Below are positions 33,950-45,380 of a stretch of DNA of 64,000 nucleotides, piece after piece; position 1 is the stretch's first letter, and every line of letters begins with the position of its first letter. Both the position numbers and the translations under genes were made by a program. The stretch is from Epithemia pelagica (lineage: Eukaryota; Protista; Bacillariophyta): positions 2,604,001 to 2,668,000 of the forward strand of contig OX337237.1 of assembly GCA_946965045.2 (NCBI GenBank). Reading direction: 5' to 3'. A model generated the notes under the pieces. It saw nothing but the letters and a program-made list of their open reading frames with translations. It was not told the origin of the DNA and searched no databases.

Positions 33950-34903
33950 CTAACGAGAACGAACTTCTTCTTCTCGTGGGTGTTGTTCTTGTTGTTTTCG
34001 TCGAAAGACTTTTTTGGCCCATTGGACGAGTCGAGGTGTTGTACGACGGCGACGACCACGAATGGTACTACGTTTTCGTCGTTGCATCCTCATGAGGGCC
34101 AGTGCATTATTGCCAGATGATTGTGTCGTGGCCTGTTTGACTTGCTTTCCCAAGGAATCAATGGATTTGGTGGGCATGAGACTGGGAATTTCATCCCCAT
34201 TCAAGACCCAGGACATGGATACGTGATAATTCACCGTGGCGGCATCCATGTCGGTCGAGGGTTGTTGTTGTTGTTGGACAAGTGGCGGAACCATGGAAGG
34301 AACGGTTGGAGCCGTAATGGCCAGTTCGGTCGATGGAGCTGTGGTAACCGATTCTTCTTGTCTCTTTGACCAGAATCGGTGTACGGTCCAAAGAAACAAG
34401 ACACCGACCATTGCCATCCAGAAACGACCACGTGCCTTGTTGGTCACAATCAATCGAGGAAGTGTCGGCTTTTTCAAAAACACTACCTTGCTTCGGGTAG
34501 AAGAGGAACCAATCGACTCGTCTTGATTGGCAACGCCCTGCTTGTCGAAAGAGGAACATTCTGGTTGTTTCTCCTCCTCTGGCTCCGCATCCTTGTCATC
34601 CTCTGCCAAGGAGACATTGGGGGCAAACCACGAAACCGAGGCATTCAAAGGATTGTAGTAGTAGTCTCGTTGATAGGTTTCACTGTAGTGGGTTTCCCAG
34701 CAAATGATGGGAGACTTGCCGTCACTCATGGTATGGAGGATGTGATCTTGCTCTTGTTGTTGTCGTCGTCGTTCGTTCACTGCCAGGTACTTTGGGTGCA
34801 TATCAGTGGTGCATGCAACTGGATCCTTTTCTGAGGATGTGGTGTATGGTTGCTGTCGGATATCCACCAAAACGATATCCTGGTCACGACTGGAACGAAT
34901 CAA
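33950..34903 (-). CDS. WW-domain membrane protein
   Basis: WETHYSETYQRDYYYNPLNASVSWFAP (WW domain) and one TM segment FWMAMVGVLFLWTV. Start codon uncertain. Confidence 0.7.
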   Translation of the reverse strand: MIRSSRDQDIVLVDIRQQPYTTSSEKDPVACTTDMHPKYLAVNERRRQQQEQDHILHTMSDGKSPIICWETHYSETYQRDYYYNPLNASVSWFAPNVSLAEDDKDAEPEEEKQPECSSFDKQGVANQDESIGSSSTRSKVVFLKKPTLPRLIVTNKARGRFWMAMVGVLFLWTVHRFWSKRQEESVTTAPSTELAITAPTVPSMVPPLVQQQQQPSTDMDAATVNYHVSMSWVLNGDEIPSLMPTKSIDSLGKQVKQATTQSSGNNALALMRMQRRKRSTIRGRRRRTTPRLVQWAKKVFRRKQQEQHPREEEVRSR

Positions 34904-35626
34904 GGCACGAACGAATAACCCTCGGTCTACCTAGGTAGGTGTGTGGATTGGATGAGCCGAATCGGTCGGTTCACTTTGTTGTCACTTTGTTGCTTGGGAT
35001 TGGACTACTACAAGAGAGAATCAATCCTTGTTCTCTCTTGTCTCGACAACATGCACAAAAGCCGTTGGATATTTGCTTTCATCAATGTCCGATGCCCTGA
35101 CGCCAATTCGGGTCGACAGACAAACCTACCCCGAAAATACATGCGCGATGCGCGCGAAACATAATAGCGACTGGCTAACCTTACCGTCCGTCTACCGTTA
35201 AGTGTGGCGTGATGCCCCTTTTTCGGGTTTTCCGGTTTCGGTTCACCATCCGCCGCCCCAATCTCCACCGAAAACAAACCCAGGAAGACCATGATCGCCG
35301 AGTATCCCGTTGTACCATCCTCCCATCTGCCATCATCTTGGCTCCGGGATGATGATGTTGACGATGGAAATTGCACCGTCACCAGTGGAGCACAGACCGT
35401 TCGACACTCAAATGTTAGTCCCCATCTCAAACAAAAGGTAAGTCTTTTTCTTCCCAACATTCCCTGTCACGCTGCAGAACGACGGTTAGAGAATACACTT
35501 TTCCTGAGTGGAATTGCATGAAGCCACAAAACGCTTTTGGTTCTAATGTCTTCGTTTGATTCCCTTTGACAACACATTTTGGTTCCCTTTGACAACACAT
35601 TTTGGTACCATCTCCACATTTTAACA

Positions 35627-36179
35627 ATGAACTCTGCCCAACAGTTAGAAGACGGTAAGTTGATACTTTGTTTGCTTTTGGACAAAGTGGCCCAATCCTG
35701 CTTGCAAGTGGATACTAACACTTATTGCTTCTTCGCTTCTCGCAGACAGCCAAGTCTTCATGCAGTTCCTAATTCTGTACACAACAGACGACATCAACGA
35801 GGCAAAGACGATGATAGATTATTGGATCTCGCAATCGCAACGTTGTAGTTTGGAAACCATCAAAAACGTAATTTTTCCAGTTCTTCATGATGCTGTGGAA
35901 CAACAACCTGGAGTGTTCGCCAGTAGAAATGGTACTGAAGAAAGTACCGGGCTTAAGATGGACTGGAATGCCGCGCATTATGCTCCATATTTACGACGAG
36001 CCATGGAAAACTTGAATATGAGTCAGATGCGTGCTCTCCTTATGCGTGTCAAGGTAAAGTTGGTGGAGGAGGAGGAAAACCGAGCATCATCTCCGCCTGC
36101 AGTGCAACATGTGGAAACTCACCAAAATGCTGGTGAAGACGAACTATCGTCGTTGTCGAACTCAATGGAGGGCAACTAA
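35627..36179 (+). CDS. Small uncharacterised protein X, copy 1 (153 aa, 91-bp intron 35655-35745)
   Basis: ATGAACTCT..GACG|GTAAGT...CGCAG|ACAGC restores a frame into the 35760-36179 ORF. The same structure is present in all three copies. Confidence 0.7.
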
Positions 36180-36326
36180 GTAGTTGCCATGGGCTGCTGA
36201 TGAGCACGCGACAGACATGTTCCGCAACAGGACATGGCATTCGACATTCCACTAGAATCGAACTCAAAACTCACTAAATGTCACTTCACGAAAAATAAAG
36301 ACAAAATCTCAGCGATAATACTCTAC

Positions 36327-38923
36327 TTAGTCTTTTGCTTCATCCTCTAGAGACTTCTCTAGCTTGGATTCCTTCACATCAGTCAGTCTCGTGGAATACT
36401 TACTCACGCAACCCAACGTTTTCTTATACAAATCCCTCGGCTCTTTCCTAAAGGAGGATACAAAGGACGGCAACTGGGTGTTCTTGTCACTTTCTTTTTG
36501 TTCCTCATGCAAAAGCTCATGGTGCATTGTAAACACATCGGCTCGTTGAAACGCTTTCTGCGACTTGGAAGCCATAACAGCCTCATAGATACCAAATTCG
36601 TCTTTATGAATGCAAAACATCTTGGGAACCAGCTTTTCTCTCAAATTGTCAACGTTGCTTGAGACGGCTTTCTTTAGCTCATCGTCCAACTTCAATGAGG
36701 ACAAGCTATCGGTTCTCTCCTTGCCGAGAACATTGTTATAGTCTGACCGTCCCAAATCCTCCCGATCTTGTCCAACGAGACACAGGAGCAACAAACCTTT
36801 TGTGATACCGGCTGAGTGAAGTTTCTTCAATGATTCAGACAGGAAGCCGTTCGCCTTCGCGGGAGACACGCTAGCTTGGTTCTTGACACTCACAAAGATG
36901 GGAATGTACTCAACCCTTCCTGACAATGCCATTGATCGGCAGGGAACCACCAAATCTGCTGCTTCCCGGTTGTTTGGACAGTATATTGCGCAAGCCTTGT
37001 TGTACAAACCCTCAAGAAATTCCGACCGCCCAAGATCGGACAATGCAACGTGGAATCTATATTGAAACAACTGTATGAAATTCACGTGACAATTTGATAT
37101 CGCATGGCCTGATTCTACGTTCGTCGGGCCATCATCCTCAGTAGCATTAGCATTTCTTGCAATCTGTTCAAGATATTGACCCAGGGCAACTGAGAATGTC
37201 TTGTAGTCAGGGTCTGCCTTCTTGCGAAGAATGTCTCCGCAAAACAACAAAAACAAAGCCGATGCCACTTCGCCGTAGTCCCCCTTGTTGGCCTCGCATA
37301 TACTGTTCGAAAAAAGCTCGCCCATTTTAGCGGACCAAAAGGTCTTCTTGTTCCCAGTGATAGTCGCGTCAAGCGTACGTGGTCTCCCATTCCGTCCACC
37401 TTGGATAGCAAAGTCCTTGTCCATGAGTGCCATACAGATCCGGGCGCAAACAGGGTCTGGCAAGAACGTAAATGTTGCCTTAGACGGTACGTCAGACCGC
37501 TTTGGTGCCTGCTGAAACGATGTCAAGTGAGCGTAGCCTTTGGAGACTAGTCTTGACACCATGGCAACAGATGTCTGTCCCATCTGGATGCGAGTTCCCA
37601 GTACACTGAGACAAGACGCCAAAGGCATTGTCGTATCTCCCAGGATAATCTTGTTGGCAATTTCAAAGATCTCGTCAGTGCCCAACCTTTTCTCCTTGTG
37701 CATTGCTGCGAACAAGGGACGACCATATCGAATCATATTGTCGTATTCACTTTCACTCATGCTTTGAGGAGTCCTAACGTCGGGATGGTTTGCAAGACAT
37801 CCCATCGTTCGGAACATGAAGAACGGGTCAAACGGTGTTTCCCCCTTCTCGAAATATGCGCCCTTGGTGTTAAGAACTCTCGTGTCTGACGACTGTGCCT
37901 CAACTTCGGGGAAAAAATTGGTCAATGACGTCGTTGTACCCGCCAACACAGCAACAATTCGATATTTCTTCTTGTCATTAGAAATTTCAGGGTTCTCTCG
38001 AAGAATCCATCGCAGCACACGAAACAAGTAGCCGCCGTGCTTTGCCAGGTGTTGAGCTTCGTCGAAAAACAGAATAACCTCGGTCGGATCATTTTCGTTC
38101 GGTTCCCCATTTGGATTTGATTTTGAAATTGCCTCGGCGCACTGATGGAAAATCATATTGCGAAACATATCTCGTGCTTTATTCAAACCATCTTCTCCAG
38201 GCAGGGTGTCAGGAATGCAGTAAGAGGTATCAAATGTATCTTTTTCAAGGTTGGCGTGGTCCTTCGATGATAGTAAAATAGTTCGGCATGCAATGTTCTT
38301 TGTCTCAAGTTGTTTCTTTGCCTCAATCATTAGTCTCGATTTGCCCGTTCCACTAGATTGCACTATTGTCAAGGTCGGTGAAAGATATGTATCACGGATT
38401 TTGGCATCCTTGTGCCATTGTCTCACCTTGTCCAATTCTTGCAAGAAAAGTTTCAGGTCCTCGTCGTGAGCAAGGCGCAGGCTGAATCCAAAGTCATAGG
38501 GAGCCATTCTCAAAGAGTCCAAGGGGACGGATCGACGATGGACTTCTTCGCCAGTCTTTAAGAAGTGAGACAAGTCGATCTTCAACTCCTCTTGAACTGA
38601 ATTAAAAATGTCATCTGATCTTTTGAGATCCTGAATTTGGATTCCACCAAGCAAACGTTTAACGTGCCCTCTTGATCCACCGAAAGGTTATCCTTATTCC
38701 ATTGTTCATCGTAGTAGTCTGTGAAGGTTTCATCATCCTTCGGAGCCTTCGGTGATTTACTAGTCATGGACAAGACAACCATGGAATGGCGACGACAATG
38801 ACCAGGATGGTGCAACGGACGGGTCGTGGTGGTTCGTGGTGTCGACCCCTGCCAAGCGTGACAGGGTGACACGGCAAGCAAGAGCATCGTCCAAAACGAC
38901 AAAACAAGAAACAAAGCATTCAT
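36327..38923 (-). pseudogene. Crinkler-like NTPase-REase, copy 1, frameshifted near 38655
   Basis: Near-identical to copy 2 but split into ORFs 38582-39283 and 36327-38654. Confidence 0.8.
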
Positions 38924-39672
38924 GATGAATGAAATCGGTGTTTTCGTGGATAGATTCTTGACTTGTTGGTTGTTGTTGGAGAGAATCTCAAGACGTTGTC
39001 GTTGTTTGTCTCTTGGTGGTGGTGAGAAGGAGAGTGGTTCTTGTTTTGTTCTGTGGAGGGAGGTTTGTCGTTGAAGAGAGGGAGAGGAGGAGAACTCGTT
39101 GGATTCTCTTTTGGCTTGTTGGTTGCAGTGTCTCGTCGTTGTTGGTCGTTGTCTTAGAGCGGTTCTTTTGCTCTCAAGGAAGGTTGTTGTTCTTGTTGTT
39201 CTTGTAGTTGTTGCAAGAGAGTCTCTAGAAACTCGCTCGCTCGCCTTGTCTTGTTTGGAGTGCCCAAAGGGATGACACCACAACTATGCTATCCTAAATC
39301 GTGGCTATGCACACTGAACCGTATTGAGTACGGGAGTTAACAATGCGAATACGACATATTTTCGACGATCACGACATTCTCGCGACAGTCATCACGACAC
39401 ACAAGAGACAAAGTCGACTTGCTCCCATAGTCAGACGACATCGTCACGACAATCACGACGACAGGTAGATTAACGCTATATAATCTATATAAGCACAGGT
39501 CTCGCGTTCCGTCTTCTATCCACCGAAAGCAATCCCCGCAACAGCATCACCATGGCCAAGGGACGATTCAACAAAGGTAATGAATGCTTTCCGATGATCA
39601 CTGGCTTCTACCAGACAAAGAGTTGACCATGCTAGTAAACTATTTGGTTTTCCTACTTGTCATTTTTGTCTC

Positions 39673-39969
39673 CTAAAACCTATCATCTTCAACATTGTCG
39701 GGATCCTCGAAGCAAGGCTCTATCGGGTCTCCACTGTCAATGATTTTTTCTTCCTGCTCAATTGCGTCGTCAGGTAAGTCTCCATCTTCAATGAAATCAT
39801 AAGCCTTTTTCCCGGTTTGATCAAAACTTGGGAATTTCAAATGCAGCATTTTAGATAGTTTGTACCGGTTCCAATTGTTGGAATGCCACTTTCTGTGAGC
39901 CACAACTGTATGTGCGACGTCAAGCTCGAAATCCTGGATTTCCCAAGTGTCGTGTCCGTCACCGTGCAT
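39673..39969 (-). CDS. Short acidic hypothetical ORF (98 aa), copy 1
   Basis: ATG-initiated, D/E-rich, 21 bp downstream of the PLD-like stop. Supported only by ORF presence in a recent duplicate. Confidence 0.3.
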   Translation of the reverse strand: MHGDGHDTWEIQDFELDVAHTVVAHRKWHSNNWNRYKLSKMLHLKFPSFDQTGKKAYDFIEDGDLPDDAIEQEEKIIDSGDPIEPCFEDPDNVEDDRF

Positions 39970-39990
39970 ACCCTTGAGTGGTACGATCCA

Positions 39991-40875
39991 TTAGGATGCT
40001 TGGGATTGGGTCGTAGCTTTGCTGGCTCGCTTTCTGGCTGAAACTTGAGCATTTATGGCATCATACCGAGCTTTCCGTTTCGATCCTTCCGGCGCGGCAT
40101 AGTAAAGTTCGTTGTATATCCGCTCTGCTTGGTTTGTCAAAACCAAGTCATTGCCCCACATCTCGTCGAACGTTGTGATACTCTCCTGCTGGGTGGCGAT
40201 CACCTCAAAATTCCCAGCTCGGGCCAGGTTTGAGAGATTGTAGCTCCCTAGCACAGTGTATGTGTCAGTAATGACTGATTTTACATCAAGGGATGCTTTG
40301 CTGCTGCTATTGGCCACAAAAGTAGACATGGCGACCAACCGAATTTCGACATTCTCCAAGAGAGCCCTCTTGTTTCCAATCTCAGTGACCCACTTCGCAA
40401 GAGCTTTTCTGGTGTCCGTGGAACGATGCAGGAGAACTCGAATTGTTTTTGAGCCGCCATGATGTGAGAGGAGATCAATGGCATACATATCGGTCAATGA
40501 GTAAGCAGTGACTCGAACAATGGAATTGTCTGGGGCGGATTCTAGAACCGCGGCAATGGCCCGGAGTGGATGGTCGCTGCGGGGAGTTTCATCCACTCTC
40601 TCGATGCAGTCTCTTGGACGTGGCTTCGCATAGTACGACAAGTTCTTGGTAGTCAAGCGGACAGCGGAATGGAACTTTTCGAGACGCTGCGGATCGTAAC
40701 AGAAGCCAGACCGATGATTCTCGTCGAGTTGTTGAATGTAACGATCGACATGCGGCAGAAATTCAGCTTCACCGTCCTCTTCGTCGCGTTCCTGTTCCGC
40801 GCCCTCCTCCTCTCTGCTGATATCTTCCAGTTCTTCCTCCACTGGCAAAGACGGAGGTGTATCAATTCCATCCAT
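39991..40875 (-). CDS. PLD/Nuc-like nuclease homologue (single HKD, His replaced by Asp), copy 1
   Basis: IVRVTAYSLTD, IRVLL, DVKSVITD-x5-GSYN and NFE give a single-domain PLD-nuclease layout. Confidence 0.75.
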   Translation of the reverse strand: MDGIDTPPSLPVEEELEDISREEEGAEQERDEEDGEAEFLPHVDRYIQQLDENHRSGFCYDPQRLEKFHSAVRLTTKNLSYYAKPRPRDCIERVDETPRSDHPLRAIAAVLESAPDNSIVRVTAYSLTDMYAIDLLSHHGGSKTIRVLLHRSTDTRKALAKWVTEIGNKRALLENVEIRLVAMSTFVANSSSKASLDVKSVITDTYTVLGSYNLSNLARAGNFEVIATQQESITTFDEMWGNDLVLTNQAERIYNELYYAAPEGSKRKARYDAINAQVSARKRASKATTQSQAS

Positions 40876-42082
40876 GGGTCTTGCTCTGCTGTTCCCTTGA
40901 CACCACACCTACTAAGGGCTGGGGATACCGATCCATGTACATCTAAGTAGGCTCAGTACAAAAGCTACGTAGAGTACATAAAATCAAATAGTACACGTCA
41001 CGCCGGAAATGGTCGGAATTTCAAACAAAAAATGCAAAAACGCTCGACAATGATGGCGAGATCCGGTGACGCCGTATGCATTCACCCATGCATCGCATAA
41101 ACATCCAACCACCGTAAGTCCTTTGCCCTTACCTTTGAAATTGTTGTCTGAAATTACAGAAGATTTGCCAAGTTGGCTGAAAAGGTACGCTCATTTTTTT
41201 TCTGCAGTGATGAAATCGAACGACCGCCCTAACTCATTCATTTTTCAAGGGTGCCTGAATCAAAGTGAAAGCAAAGTTGCTCTAGTAGTAAAGATTCTTA
41301 TTGTAAAAGTGATTCAGGCAGGCTCAATTGTTCAGGAAGTTATTGCCATGGGGATGATGACTTCCATCATTGTCGAATGATGGCTTCCGGATTGCACCTT
41401 TTCTATCGGTGGCAAGTTTACGACGTGCGACTCGGTGTGACCATCCGCCCCACTTCTTACACAGACGAAAAAAGTACTACGTAGGTTAATGTACTGAGCC
41501 TACTTAGATGTACATGGATCGGTATCCCCAGCCCTTACCTTGCTACTTTCGTCAGACAGACGGACAGACAGAGAACGTCATCGTACGGTTTACACTACTA
41601 TTGGGAGAAAAAGGCTCTTTTCTATCTCATCCTTGCTCACTTTTTCATTTGGCCTCAAAACCAAAAAGACCATCGGAAGACTGTTGCCTTTTTTTCGGGT
41701 TTTCCGGGTAGCCCTCCGCCTGTTCGCCCAAAACCGAAGGAAGACCATGATCGCCGAGTATCCCGTTGTACCATCCTCCCATCTGCCATCATCTTGGCTC
41801 CGGGATAATGATGTTGACGATGGAAATTGCACCGTCACCAGTGGAGCACAGACCGTTCGACACTCAAATGTTAGTCCCCATCTCAAACAAAAGGTGCGTC
41901 GTTTTCTTCCCAACATTCCCTGTCACGCTGCAGAACGACGGTTAGAGAATACACTTTTCCTGAGTGGAATTGCATGAAGCCACAAAACGCTTTTGGTTCT
42001 AATGTCTTCGTTTGATTCCCTTTGACAACACATTTTGGTTCCCTTTGACAACACATTTTGGTACCATCTCCACATTTTAACA

Positions 42083-42632
42083 ATGAACTCTGCCCAACAG
42101 TTAGAAGACGGTAAGTTGATACTTTGTTTGCTTTTGGACAAAGTGACCCAATCCTGCTTGCAAGTGGATACTAACACTTATTGCTTCTTCGCTTCTCGCA
42201 GACAGCCAAGTCTTCATGAAGTTCCTAATTCTGTACACAACAGACGACATCAACGAGGCAAAGAGGATGATAGATTATTGGATCTCGCAATCGCAACGTT
42301 GTAGTTTGGAAACCATCAAAAACGTAATTTTTCCAGTTCTTCATGATGCTGTGGAACAACAACCTGGAGTGTTCGCCAGTAGAAATGGTACTGAAGAAAG
42401 TACCGGGCTTAAGATGGACTGGAATGCCGCGCATTATGCTCCATATTTACGACAAGCCATGGAAAACTTGAATATGAATCAGATGCGTGCTCTCCTTATG
42501 CGTGTCAAGGTACAGTTGGTGGAGGAGGAGAAAAACCGAGCATCATCTCCGCCTGCAGTGCAACATGTGGAAACTCACCAAAATGCTGAAGACGAACTAT
42601 CGTCGTTGTCGAACTCAATGGAGGGCAACTAA
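42083..42632 (+). CDS. Small uncharacterised protein X, copy 2 (152 aa, intron 42111-42201)
   Basis: Same exon/intron structure as copy 1. Confidence 0.7.
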
Positions 42633-42779
42633 GTAGTTGCCATGGGCTGCTGATGAGCACGCGACAGACATGTTCCGCAACAGGACATGGCATTCGACAT
42701 TCCACTAGAATCGAACTCAAAACTCACTAAATGTCACTTCACGAAAAATAAAGACAAAATCTCAGCGATAATACTCTAC

Positions 42780-45380
42780 TTAGTCTTTTGCTTCATCCTC
42801 TAGAGACTTCTCTAGCTTGGATTCCTTCACATCAGTCAGTCTCGTGGAATACTTACTCACGCAACCCAACGTTTTCTTATACAAATCCCTCGGCTCTTTC
42901 CTAAACGAGGATACAAAGGACGGCAACTGGGTGTTCTTGTCACTTTCTTTTTGTTCCTCATGCAAAAGCTCATGGTGCATTGTAAACACATCGGCTCGTT
43001 GAAACGCTTTCTGCGACTTGGAAGCCATAACAGCCTCATAGATACCAAATTCGTCTTTATGAATGCAAAAAATCTTGGGAACCAGCTTTTCTCTCAAATT
43101 GTCAACGTTGCTTGAGACGGCTTTCTTTGGCTCATCGTCCAACTTCAATGAGGACAAGCTATCGGTTCTCTCCTTGCCGAGAACATTGTTATAGTCTGAC
43201 CGTCCCAAATCCTCCCGATCTTGTCCAACGAGACACAGGAGCAACAAACCTTTTGTGATACCGGCTGAGTGAAGTTTCTTCAATGATTCAGACAGGAAGC
43301 CGTTCGCCTTCGCGGGAGACACGCTAGCTTGGTTCTTGACACTCACAAAGATGGGAATGTACTCAACCCTTCCTGACAATGCCATTGATCGGCAGGGAAC
43401 CACCAAATCTGCTGCTTCCCGGTTGTTTGGACAGTATATTGCGCAAGCCTTGTTGTACAAACCCTCAAGAAATTCCGACCGCCCAAGATCGGACAATGCA
43501 ACGTGGAATCTATATTGAAACAACTGTATGAAATTCACGTGACAATTTGATATCGCATGGCCTGATTCTACGTTCGTCGGGCCATCATCCTCAGTAGCAT
43601 TGGCATTTCTTGCAATCTGTTCAAGATATTGACCCAGGGCAACTGAGAATGTCTTGTAGTCAGGGTCTGCCTTCTTGCGAAGAATGTCTCCGCAAAACAA
43701 CAAAAACAAAGCTGATGCCACTTCGCCGTAGTCCCCCTTGTTGGCCTCGCATATACTGTTCGAAAAAAGCTCGCCCATCTTAGCGGACCAAAAGGTCTTC
43801 TTGTTCCCAGTGATAGTCGCGTCAAGCGTACGTGGTCTCCCATTCCGTCCACCTTGGATAGCAAAGTCCTTGTCCATGAGTGCCATACAGATCCGGGCGC
43901 AAACAGGGTCTGGCAAGAACGTAAATGTTGCCTTAGACGGTACGTCAGACCGCTTTGGTGCCTGCTGAAACGATGTCAAGTGAGCGTAGCCTTTGGAGAC
44001 TAGTCTTGACACCATGGCAACAGATGTCTGTCCCATCTGGATGCGAGTTCCCAGTACACTGAGACAAGACGCCAGAGGCATTGTCATATCTCCCAGGATA
44101 ATCTTGTTGGCAATTTCAAAGATCTCGTCAGTGCCCAACCTTTTCTCCTTGTGCATTGCTGCGAACAAGGGACGACCATATCGAATCATATTGTCGTATT
44201 CACTTTCACTCATGCTTTGAGGAGTCCTAACGTCGGGGTGGTTTGCAAGACATCCCATCGTTCGGAACATGAAGAACGGGTCAAACGGTGTTTCCCCCTT
44301 CTCGAAATATGCGCCCTTGGTGTTAAGAACTCTCGTGTCTGACGACTGTGCCTCAACTTCGGGGAAAAAATTGGTCAATGACGTCGTTGTACCCGCCAAC
44401 ACAGCAACAATTCGATATTTCTTCTTGTCATTAGAAATTTCAGGGTTCTCTCGAAGAATCCATCGCAGCACACGAAACAAGTAGCCGCCGTGCTTTGCCA
44501 GGTGTTGAGCTTCGTCGAAAAACAGAATAACCTCGGTCGGATCATTTTCGTTCGGTTCCCCATTTGGATTTGATTTTGAAATTGCCTCGGCGCACTGATG
44601 GAAAATCATATTGCGAAACATATCTCGTGCTTTATTCAAACCATCTTCTCCAGGCAGGGTGTCAGGAATGCAGTAAGAGGTATCAAATGTATCTTTTTCA
44701 AGGTTGGCGTGGTCCTTCGATGATAGTAAAATAGTTCGGCATGCAATGTTCTTTGTCTCAAGTTGTTTCTTTGCCTCAATCATTAGTCTCGATTTGCCCG
44801 TTCCACTAGATTGCACTATTGTCAAGGTCGGTGAAAGATATGTATCACGGATTTTGGCATCCTTGTGCCATTGTCTCACCTTGTCCAATTCTTGCAAGAA
44901 AAGTTTCAGGTCCTCGTCGTGAGCAAGGCGCAGGCTGAATCCAAAGTCATAGGGAGCCATTCTCAAAGAGTCCAAGGGGACGGATTGACGATGGACTTCT
45001 TCGCCAGTCTTTAAGAAGTGAGACAAGTCGATCTTCAACATTTTTTGAATCCCATAAAAAATGTAATCTTCTTCATCATTGAGACTCTCAATTGGCATTT
45101 CAAGATTAACACTTAAGCGTTTCTCTTGCTGCACCGTGAGGTTATCCTTTTTCCACCGTTTTTCATCGTAGTAGTCTTTGAGGGTTTTGTCACCCTTCGG
45201 AGCCTTCGGTGATTTACTAGTCATGGACAAGACAACCATGGAATGGCGACGACAATGACCAGGATGGTGCAACGGACGGGTCGTGGTGGTTCGTGGTGTC
45301 GACCCCTGCCAAGCGTGACAGGGTGACACGGCAAGCAAGAGCATCGTCCAAAACGACAAAACAAGAAACAAAGCATTCAT
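42780..45380 (-). CDS. Crinkler(CR)-like P-loop NTPase + REase-fold protein with signal/transit presequence, intact copy (866 aa)
   Basis: Walker A QSSGTGKS, Walker B ILFFDEAQ, LAGTTT, YGRPLF, and REase-like ADLVVP...IFVSVKN. N-terminus MNALFLVLSFWTMLLLAVSPCHA|W. Confidence 0.8.
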   Translation of the reverse strand: MNALFLVLSFWTMLLLAVSPCHAWQGSTPRTTTTRPLHHPGHCRRHSMVVLSMTSKSPKAPKGDKTLKDYYDEKRWKKDNLTVQQEKRLSVNLEMPIESLNDEEDYIFYGIQKMLKIDLSHFLKTGEEVHRQSVPLDSLRMAPYDFGFSLRLAHDEDLKLFLQELDKVRQWHKDAKIRDTYLSPTLTIVQSSGTGKSRLMIEAKKQLETKNIACRTILLSSKDHANLEKDTFDTSYCIPDTLPGEDGLNKARDMFRNMIFHQCAEAISKSNPNGEPNENDPTEVILFFDEAQHLAKHGGYLFRVLRWILRENPEISNDKKKYRIVAVLAGTTTSLTNFFPEVEAQSSDTRVLNTKGAYFEKGETPFDPFFMFRTMGCLANHPDVRTPQSMSESEYDNMIRYGRPLFAAMHKEKRLGTDEIFEIANKIILGDMTMPLASCLSVLGTRIQMGQTSVAMVSRLVSKGYAHLTSFQQAPKRSDVPSKATFTFLPDPVCARICMALMDKDFAIQGGRNGRPRTLDATITGNKKTFWSAKMGELFSNSICEANKGDYGEVASALFLLFCGDILRKKADPDYKTFSVALGQYLEQIARNANATEDDGPTNVESGHAISNCHVNFIQLFQYRFHVALSDLGRSEFLEGLYNKACAIYCPNNREAADLVVPCRSMALSGRVEYIPIFVSVKNQASVSPAKANGFLSESLKKLHSAGITKGLLLLCLVGQDREDLGRSDYNNVLGKERTDSLSSLKLDDEPKKAVSSNVDNLREKLVPKIFCIHKDEFGIYEAVMASKSQKAFQRADVFTMHHELLHEEQKESDKNTQLPSFVSSFRKEPRDLYKKTLGCVSKYSTRLTDVKESKLEKSLEDEAKD

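Larger units (their letters stand above)
35282..41577. repeat. Tandem segmental duplication, unit 1 (about 6.3 kb)
   Basis: About 99% identical to 41738-48041 (offset 6,453-6,464) except for one divergent window. Confidence 0.95.
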
